A stretch of DNA of 64,000 nucleotides from Euprymna scolopes (Eukaryota), in NCBI GenBank assembly GCA_053919585.1, contig JBSSHM010000070.1. One strand, 5' to 3'. A program made the position numbers and the translations under genes. Shown here one piece after another: positions 54,439 through 64,000 of this stretch. Every line of letters begins with the position of its first letter. Position 1 is the stretch's first letter. Under the pieces are notes generated by a model, which was given only the letters and a program-made list of their open reading frames with translations, did not search any database and had not been told where the DNA came from.

Positions 54439-57400
54439 ATTATCGATTCCGTTAGTGACGTAGCAACTCCCGTTTAACTTTAAATTCATGAATAAGACTT
54501 AGTGGATACGGAGCAGAATCTTCTTAAACACAAAGCAGCGTTTGCAACGCACTTAGGCAGGGACTTGAATTAAATGAGAAATAATAAATTTAATGACAAT
54601 ATAGTTGGATCCCTGTAGTGAAGATGGTTATCCACGATTAAGTGTAAGAGAAGGCAAGCGCACTTATACTTCGTTGATGTGAAGATAATAAACAGATGTA
54701 TATTACTAAACACTCATTGCCTTTTGCCAGCCGGGGTGATAAACCACATCGCTCCATGAGCATAAGTATCGGAAGTGGATACATACCGTTACAGCAAAGA
54801 TCGTATGTATGCATCAATAAGACTAGTGGAGAAAATTACATTACAACACCAGCGTCTTAATACATACAGGATTCCTGTATGTTTAATAATTAATCAATAA
54901 TCATATATGGCATCGAGCAACTCCGAAGTAAACTTTTTAGTTATGTGTGTGAAATACTAGTGGCTAATGCGGTTGTAAAAATGGCGTGTCTGCTGCTCAT
55001 AACAAATACAATCTATATAGATATTATTATTTAATTAAAATAGAGTGTAAAATAGATAGATAAATTACGGCTGGTCGAATTAAGAAAATAAAAAAAATAT
55101 AATGGAATTGCCAAACGTATTATGAAAACAGAAACTAGTTTAAGGAAAAAAAAAAACGCAGGCAAATCCCTGTTCACGAAATGGAATATTACTAAACCCT
55201 AGAAATATATTGAGGTGTCATACAATCTATTTTCTGTTCTTGTATTATATTATGGAACTATTGAAGAGCGGCTGCTTTTTGTGCAGTAAATTGTTGTGAC
55301 AACAGTTATTGTATTTCTTTTTCATGCATGTTGCTGTAGTATAATTCCCTATAATTGTAGAAGAAAGAATTGAGAGTCCTAAATGAATGATAAATAGGAA
55401 ATGAACAACACTGGAAAATATCGGATCTGAGCAAAACCAGCTGTAAATCGTATTGATGACTTATGTCGTCAACCTTATATATCTACTAAGAAATTTAGAT
55501 TTTAAAACACAGGGAGAAATATTAAAACTGTCTTTGATTGCTAAAAGTTTAATGCAAAAGATCAATTGAAATTGAAATTGTAATATCAAAATAATCGAAC
55601 AAAAATATACGGACGGCGTGTGGGCGTGATCTGAATATATGCCATCAATAAATGCCGACACTTAGACAGAAGAGCGACAGCAAGATAGAAACCAAACCAC
55701 AGACTTCTATTGTGGTCACACCGACAACTACACACCACACTTCCACTTCCATGAACTCTCTGGTTTCATTGTAATGTAAAGATAATGTGGATTTAACACG
55801 TAATCCGTGGGTTACAAATACCCTGCTATCAGCGGGAACGTACTAGTGGTAAGGATTTACAAACAAGCAGGACTATAAATTGTATTAGCTACAACATTAC
55901 AAATGTACCTGATTTTTATGCATCTATCCTTCCCGGGTAACTTAAATAGCTGGCCAATATCTATGCAAAACGGGTGCTTGATTGTTGCAATTCTAAATTT
56001 GTAAAACCTACTAGTTCTCTAAGTTCCTATCTTAAGGGATTATCCACACATGATATAAAAAAGACCGTACCGTCAATGATATTATCGTTCAGAAACAAGC
56101 TGCCCAAATCACTCTATTTTCGAAGTTATTTTGCAAAAAATACATTTCTGATTTCATAAAATATTATTTTCCATTTGCTTACTTCATGCAGAACAGTAAT
56201 GCCTCTGATAAATGTATGTTTTCTTTGGATATTTGTTGTCTATTTATTGATTTTCCTTCTTGCAGGTTACCAATATACTGACATTGCAAATATTATGTAG
56301 CTCCTATTACACATTGACATAATTATCTAAATAAAAATATCTAAATATTACGGATCGTTATCATAATATAAAAAAATCGTACAATACAAAATTTTCGGCA
56401 AATAAAAAATAGTTAAATGTAAGTTATGCTAGTGTTTTTCTTTTAGCGTTTCTTAAGTGTTTAAGTATTGTTCCATACTAATTTAATTCCGATATTTCAA
56501 ATGAGTAACTTTCGTATTTAAGGTTGTGTCTTTTTTTTCAGGAAATATTTGATTTATATTAGTACTATAATATTATATGTAATTGTTTTTTTTTTTCTAA
56601 AACTGTAACAAGACACAGATTATTGGTTACTGTTGTGAACCTTATTCCCAGTTAGAAATTTTCGGGTGGATAGAATATCACATTTTTAACAACGTTTAAA
56701 AAGTGCAAGCAGGCAAATCCTTTCAAAAAGTAAAAAGAACAATGACATTTACAGTACACCTCCACCATGGAAAACAGACCTTCGAAGAAAAAAAGTATAG
56801 GAAGGGCCTTCAAAGCTCGCTACCTTTATTTAGGAACGATTAAAAAATAAACATATTAGTTCAAACTGTGATTACAATACGGGAAAAGGGTTAAAAAGAC
56901 AGAAAGAATTCATACTTTTTCAGACTATTTACAACAAGTACCATCAACGGCTGAAATTTGCAAAAAAAAACAAAAAAAACACACGAAAACACCTGAGTAT
57001 TAAGCCAAACATGTTTTGTCTGTCGAATTGGTTAACGATATTCATGAATAGCTGATGAAACATATTAAACCACCTGTAATGTTCAAAACCGAATATCAGT
57101 TGCCATAAAGGCAAAACGATCAGACTCACAATGTTTGGAGGGATTGAGTATATTTTTGAATATTTATTCCACGTCGTCGATCTTTCCCATTTCATACGAA
57201 AAGAATGTGCTTTTTTTTTTAAATGAAACTGACACTTCTGGTATTTTCTTTTGCATATTTAAAAATAATATTTACTTGGAAATAAAATTAATCTGCATAT
57301 TTTTTTTGTCGAGTAAATGTCAGTTTAAAACAAAAGGTTTTGATTTTCTCTAAATTTAACTTAGGCTTATTTATGGATGTAATTACGGATTTTAAATAAT

Positions 57401-57617
57401 ACACCCTTCCTATCTGATATGCAATACTTCTTTTTGCTATAACCACTTATGCAAATAGGTTATTTAATATTTTACCATTTCAATTATGCTTCATAATAAC
57501 ATTTTATCAGTATACTATGCTGTATTCTTTATTCTGCTGAGATTCCACAGTTTTAAATTAAGTTTTCTTCGTCGGATTATAACATGTCTGTGTCTTCCCT
57601 TATATGAACATTTTTCT

Positions 57618-57693
<76 letters not shown>

Positions 57694-58564
57694 GGGGGGT
57701 GTTTATATGTATGTGATGTTTCGTGTGCTGAGTGCGTATGGTGTTGGGTTACGATTTTTATTATTACGAACAGAGCATTTATTTTTTTAATCGTCGATAT
57801 ACTATGACTAATCCGGCTAACACTTTATGTGCGCGCATCGTGTTTGTTTACTGTACGCCATAAATAGATATCCAAGATAAATTGACAGAAAATGCAATAA
57901 AACCATTCATTTCATACAAAAAGCCTAAAAACAAATGATGGAAACAATACTTACATGTTCACATATTTTTGCATTTGACTTTAGATTAAGTGATATGTGT
58001 CGTGGAAACAATGCTAAAATAAGTCATTCTATTCCTCGCGTTTATATCGCCGGATATTTCCCAATTGTTGTTATGTCTTCAAATATACAATGCAGGAATC
58101 GCAAGCGGATATTTATATAATTTTGTGCATAATATCAGAGTTCTTTATAGCNNNNNNNNNNNNNNNNNNNNNNNNNNNNNNNNNNNNNNNNNNNNNNNNN
58201 NNNNNNNNNNNNNNNNNNNNNNNNNNNNNNNNNNNNNNNNNNNNNNNNNNNNNNNNNNNNNNNNNNNNNNNNNNNNNNNNNNCCTTATATAAAACAAGGT
58301 TTAAAGTATATTGTATACCAATGAGAATTAGAATATTTAAACAAAAACGTGATTTTAAAACGCAATTAAGACCATGAACAAATGCCAGGATCGATATCTA
58401 AATAATTGTTTTCGTTTTAATAAACCCTCATTACCGATTAGGTTAGGTCAATTATTGGATTCTTATTTTGGACAAAATATGCCTTGCAACAGACTTATTC
58501 ATTATAAATTAATATATCGAACAAGTAAAAATTACTTATTAGATTATATCATAATAAATGCTTA

Positions 58565-58628
<64 letters not shown>

Positions 58629-58745
58629 ATTTATAAATTACTATCTAGCTCTACCTACGTATTGAGCACTTTTGTAGTAAATACTTAAAGTTTACGCATA
58701 AATCTATACTTTCTTATATTAAATGTATGTAAATAAATGAAGTAG

Positions 58746-58788
<43 letters not shown>

Positions 58789-58829
58789 TATATATATATA
58801 TATATATATATATTTAAATTAGGGAGTAG

Positions 58830-61800
58830 TCACCAACAATGTGTAATTTCTAACATTATTTCATTATGCCGTGTCTTGGTTTTTCATTGGGAATAATGTT
58901 TGGATAATTGTAATAATGTTTTTAAGTCATTGAAATCGTTTTTACGCGCGTTTCACAGCTTCTGTGATGCTTCCTCGTCAGAAATTATTTTCAAATGTGT
59001 TGGAGATGTAAAAATGGCGATTTTCGTAGTTAATTTGAAGTTTTCCAAGGAGTGGAGGCTTGCAAGTGTTTATTATTCATTGGCATGCTCCATTTATTAT
59101 TACTCTGTTATTGCTCTTTAATTGGGCTTGTCGAGGGAGACCGTTGACCTGGCTATCTATTTCTGCTAATGTTTTTTTTCTTTTCCTTAAGGGTGGGGTA
59201 AGAGTTGTGTGTATGTGTGTGTATGATCGTGTGTGTGCGCGTGTGTGTGCGTATGTGTGTTTGCTTTTGTTGGTTTGGGAATGTGTATATTGTTTTATAG
59301 TATTTTCGCGTTATTTACTTCCTTAGGAAGGCGACTGGGTTCCGAGGTGAGGTCGTTACTCATGTGTATGTGTGGGGAGAGGGGACTAGCTCTTCTGAAA
59401 TGAGGGTAGGGGTGCTTTCATTCTATTTTGATATTTATTTTTTGGATTCGTGGATTTTAGTATTCTGATTTTTCGTTTTAGTCTTTTCTGGTATTCCTTA
59501 TATTATGTTTGTTTGGAAAGAGGGGTGTATTTAAAATATGTATAGGGGATTTTTTAATGTTTCTATTTATTTGTCTTTCCATGTGGTTATGACCAGATCC
59601 AGGATCGGTTCCTAGTGTGGGGAAGATTTTGTTCCCCAGAGGAGGCCATTGGAGTGGGTATAGGTATGGGGGATGATAGAAGGGATGATAGTTGTTTCAC
59701 TCATGAGGGGGTTCTCCTCCACTGATTGAGGAGGGAGCGAGGTGTTAGAACAGATATTATACTATGGTTCTAGGTGTTTCCTAGTGGTGTTGGTTTCGAG
59801 GTTAAGTAGGGTGGGTATTGTTCAGTGTGTTGTATTAGAGATAGGGGTGGTATGTCTGAGTGTGGTTGTATGGGCGCACGTGTGTGTTTTTATGTGCCGG
59901 TTCTAATAAAGGTGCGGGTGTGTTTATGTGTATGGATGTGCATGCGAGCGTACCTTGCATTTAATGTTTTTGTGTGAGGATATTAGGCTCTTTTCAGTTC
60001 AGGAGTGAATCTGGTGATGACATTTTTTCCTGTGTAAGTAAATGAAAATAACTGTCAGTTTGGAAGATTGGTATTATTTTGAAGCTATTTTCACTGCATG
60101 TGTGTACGGGTTTTGAAACAAAGAGGTGTCTGATATGTTTTTGATGTTGCTCTTATGTAAGGCCACTCTATTGCTGAAATGTTTATTGGCGCCTATGTAG
60201 GGTCTGTTGCATGTTGTGCATCTTAGTGCATATACTACATTTCTGGAGGTGCAATTTAGATCCTTTTTATTTTGAATATTTGTGCTGGGTTTTGAATGTG
60301 TATGTGTTACCTTCTAGTATTATGTCACATACTCCACGTCGCGGTTTGTTGCATTTTGTAAGTCCTTTTGTAGTATTGGGACAAGTTTTGAGGAAGTTAG
60401 CATGTGTTTTATGTTTTTGGGTTGGCGTTTGCTTTTTATTATTTTTGTTGTTTTTAGTATGTTGTTTAGTTTGTCGTTCTGATTGAGGAGGATGTGTTTT
60501 TTTTGTTATCTGTGTGAATAGTTCTGGGTGATTTGTCTCGTGTGTAGAGACCTATGCGAGAGTTTGTTCTTTGCTGTGCACTTTTGGGGTTCTTCGTTTG
60601 TCTATTGGTATGTTTTCAGCCAGTTCAATATCTTTCTGTATTAGTGGTAGTGGATATGCTCTTTTCCGCAGTGTTATTTGTAGTTCATTCAGTCTTGTTG
60701 AACGGAGGTGTCTGTCTGTTACTATTGTGCAGACTCTACGTGTTAGGGAGTAGGGTATTGATTTTAGACAGTTTTTAGGATACTGGCTTTGGAAGTGGAG
60801 GTATTATTGAGTGTCTGTGGGTTTGTGGTAGATGTCTGTGATTATGTTGTTGTTTTTTATTGTTACTAGGATGTCTACGAAAGGTAGTTCTGTGGGGCTT
60901 TGTTCTAGTGTGAAGTTTTTTTGGGGGTGTAGATTTTGTAGCAAAGTGTGACATTCATTGATACCCCCCATGATGTTCTCCAGAGGATAAAGCAGTCGTC
61001 TAGGTATCTTTTCCAAGATTTTATGAAGAATGTTTTTGTATTGTGCCCGTATTTTGCTCTATTCTTTCAGAAAGGGGCTCTTCTAGGAAGGCGAGTGTAA
61101 GGGTGGCATATGTCGGTGCCATTTTGGTACCCATTGATGTGCCTAGTATATGAATGTAGTTGGCTTTATTGAATTGGAAGGAGTTGTTATTGAGGATTAT
61201 GTAGATGCTATCAATCACGAATTGTTTATTGAATCTGGGGTGTAAAATCTGTCTATGTTTGTCAATCCAATATGCGATAGCTTCTTTACGAGGTTGTGTG
61301 GGATATTTCTATATATGGTGCTAACATCGAATATGGCTAGTATAGTCCCATCGTCCACTGTTTGTGGTAGGGAGCTAAGGAAGTGTGTTATCTCTTACAA
61401 AATTTCTGACAAGATTGGTGAAAGGTTGTAATAGTATATCTGTTAGGTTGCAAAGTCTGCTTGTTGGGTATGGTTGTCCTGCTACTCTGTGTCTGAATGT
61501 GAGGTCGTTGGGGTTTGAGGTGCTTATGTATTCCGACTTTTGTATGTTGATGACATGTCTTACCTGGTTAGATTAGTGTATTTTGGGTAGCCCATGGAAG
61601 ATTTTTTTTTGTTGTGAAGTTTGTAAGGAAGTCTTTTTTCTTTTTTAGTTAATATACTATTGTATGTTGTGTAGAGTTTTGTTATTTTAGATATGATTGT
61701 GTCGTCTATGTTGGAGTTTATTGGTTTGTAATAATTTTCGTTTCCTAGTGATTCTAAAATTTTCGTTTTATAGAAGTTCTTATTCATTATTACTACTGCA

Positions 61801-63440
61801 CTACCTTTGTCTGCTTCCTTTATTACTAAGTTGTAATTGTGTTGGATTTTTTTAAGTGCTTGATTTTGTTTTCGTGCTAGATTACTGGTGGAGTATTCTT
61901 TTTGTTGGGGGTTGAGGTTCCAGAGTGTTTCAAAAAAGGTATTTTGTTATTTTGTGTTGTTATGTTTTTTGGGGAAGTATGTTCATTTGTTTTTCACTAG
62001 AGAGTCGTCCGTTTTGTTATGACTGCCGTTAAGTATATCTATGAGTCTAAATTTTCGTTCAAATTCTTTGAGGTCTTTCTTTAACTCTTTTACTTCTGGG
62101 AGTTGGGCAGAATTTGAGGTCTAGTTTTAGTACCTCAATTTCGTCCTTTGTAAGTGTCTCTGTAGATAGGTTGATGACTTTGGGTGTTTTGCTGTCTAGT
62201 CCGGTGTTGTCATTTTGTGAGGGATTCCTAAAAATGATTGTGAGGGTCGTCAGTTTCGTTGATTCGGCTGGGAGATTGGTTGTGTCGTTTTGTGGGTATG
62301 TATGGATTATGATGGTACCTGGGGTATTCGGATCGGTTGTGTTTGTGTGCGGGTATTTTTGGGGTTGGTTTTGTAGTGTGGGGTACTTGGGGTGGGTGTT
62401 GTAAAGATTGTTTTGTGTTGTGTGGTATCTATAGGGGGGTTTAGTTCCATTGGGCTGTTACGGTGGGGGTTCTTAAGTAGGGGGATTTTTTTTTTGTCTG
62501 GGAGGGGTGGGGAAAGAAATAGTGGGTTCTTGGCTGAGTTGGGTTACGTGGTTGGTAGTGACTATTTTCGTATTGTTGTGGGAGGTTGTATCTTTTAGTG
62601 TTGTCATGTGGTACTGGGTTTTCGGTTGTTGATATGTTGTTTTTTGGAGTATTTTGGTCGTAGTATTTGTGTTTGTATGGTGTATGTGTTTTTGTGTGGG
62701 TGTGTGGTGTTCTAGGTTGGAGTTTTTGTTGAGTTTGTTGGTGGGGATGAGTATAGGGTAGTAATATGTTCCAGTCGTTTCGTTGTGTGTTTTTGGGTCT
62801 GTTGTGTGGGTATGTTTGAGAGTGATGTGTGTCTCGTTTCTTACCTTTGTTTTTGGAAACTCTCCAGCTGTTGAAATCGGGTATGATTCGGTTTTTGGTA
62901 GTTTTGACTGGTCATGTTCTTTTTTTCTTTTTCTGGAAGAGTCTTTATCCAGCTTATCTTCCTTTCAATAATTCTTTTGGAGTTTTCCTCCTCCTCTCTG
63001 CATTAAAAGTCCCACATTCCAATAAGGAAATGGTTGGTCTCCTTTGGGCATAGTTTTCTGATGTCGTTTAGTATTTTATCGTCGATGTTGGTGTATTCTT
63101 CTGTGAGGTGTATCTTTCTGTTCTCGTGTATGTCGATTTCAGCTTGTAGTTTTGATATGTTTAGGGTTTTTTTTCTGCTCCTCTGTGTCTTCTGGTGTGA
63201 CTTTTTCTCGGAATTTGTTTGGGATAAACTATTCTTCCATGGTTAAAAATATCCTGTAGGTTAAGGCGGTGTCGCCCGATTTGACTGAACGGTAGTAGGC
63301 CATTTTTCATTTTCTCTATTAATAAGAGTTTTCTATGTTTGGAGGGTTTTTTTTCTTTTGTTTTCAGCGCTTCATTCCGGATATGTGGCCCCTTTAGATG
63401 TTCTAAATGTTCTTGTTGTTTTTTAGGAGTTCTATAATTC
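58830..63440 (-). mobile_element. Near full-length decayed Penelope-like element (Neptune/Naiad-like)
   Basis: RT pieces IKEADKGSAVVIMNK, GTSMGTKMAPTYATL and ELPFVDI..TDIYHKPTDTQ. Cys linker KCNKPRRGVCD. GIY-YIG pieces DLNCTSRNVVYALRCTTC and TYIG..R...H. Confidence 0.9.
58932..58992 (-). ncRNA. Minimal type I hammerhead ribozyme of the Penelope-like element
   Basis: Minus strand: gaaaataattt-CTGACGA-ggaagcatcacagaagctgt-GAAAC-GCGC-GTA-aaaacgatttc. The core is intact, loop III is palindromic and the cleavage triplet is GUA. Stems I and II are partly decayed. Confidence 0.68.
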
Positions 63441-63442
63441 CC

Positions 63443-63493
<51 letters not shown>

Positions 63494-64000
63494 TATATAT
63501 ATATATATATATTATAATATAATGCTGTATTGCTGTGTGGATGTGTGTGTGTGTGGTCACGAATATGCTACTATATTGTTGACTATTTTAGAAAACTGAT
63601 TACATATAATGATATAAGGTGTATCGAGACACAGGAATGGGTATGTTTGATCCTGCAGAACGATGGTTCCTAAAAATTGTGTGGTATGCGTTCGCACCTG
63701 GTCCAAAAATTATGGGAATGAACAAAAAATTAAATATTGTTTTGATATAGATGTGCATAAGAATACTTTGATGAGTGTCTTTTTACTTAAATAGGGATGA
63801 TATAATAAAATTGTGGGGCCTGCGTTCGCGCCTGGCCTCTATAGAATGAAAATAGGCACACAATTTATTAAATATTTTCATAGCACTCGGCGTAAGTATA
63901 TTTTGATAATTATGTTTGAAGACATATGCAATCATAAAATCATGGGGTGGAAATATGTCACAAAGTTTAAGAAGGTTTTTTTAATATAGATCCACATAAT

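Noticed and set aside
60211-63246. Plus-strand hydrophobic ORFs resembling membrane proteins
   Set aside because: They are antisense readings of the A/C-rich Penelope ORF.

Overview
This is AT-rich eukaryotic DNA, most likely from an invertebrate draft assembly, with many (TA)n, (CA)n and (AAT)n microsatellites and about 10 N-gaps. No intact host protein-coding gene is recognisable, and most of the supplied ORFs are microsatellite or gap artefacts. The window is dominated by decayed mobile elements. These include six CR1-group LINE pieces, two RTE LINEs with C-terminal C2H2 fingers, and three Penelope-like elements, two of which carry minimal hammerhead ribozyme cores at their 3' ends. There is also a near-intact Chapaev3-type (CMC) DNA transposon, a solo LTR with a 4-bp TSD, a non-autonomous Helitron containing a tRNA-like segment, and a SINE-like insert with a 13-bp TSD. 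The least explained feature is an unclassified ~4.5-kb non-coding segment (about 42.7-47.2 kb). It contains about 35 tandem copies of a 49-bp bulged-hairpin unit, flanked by related units whose outer stem shows compensatory changes (GTCGG/CCGAC versus ACTGG/CCAGT). All family assignments come from reading motifs by eye; no database searches were run.
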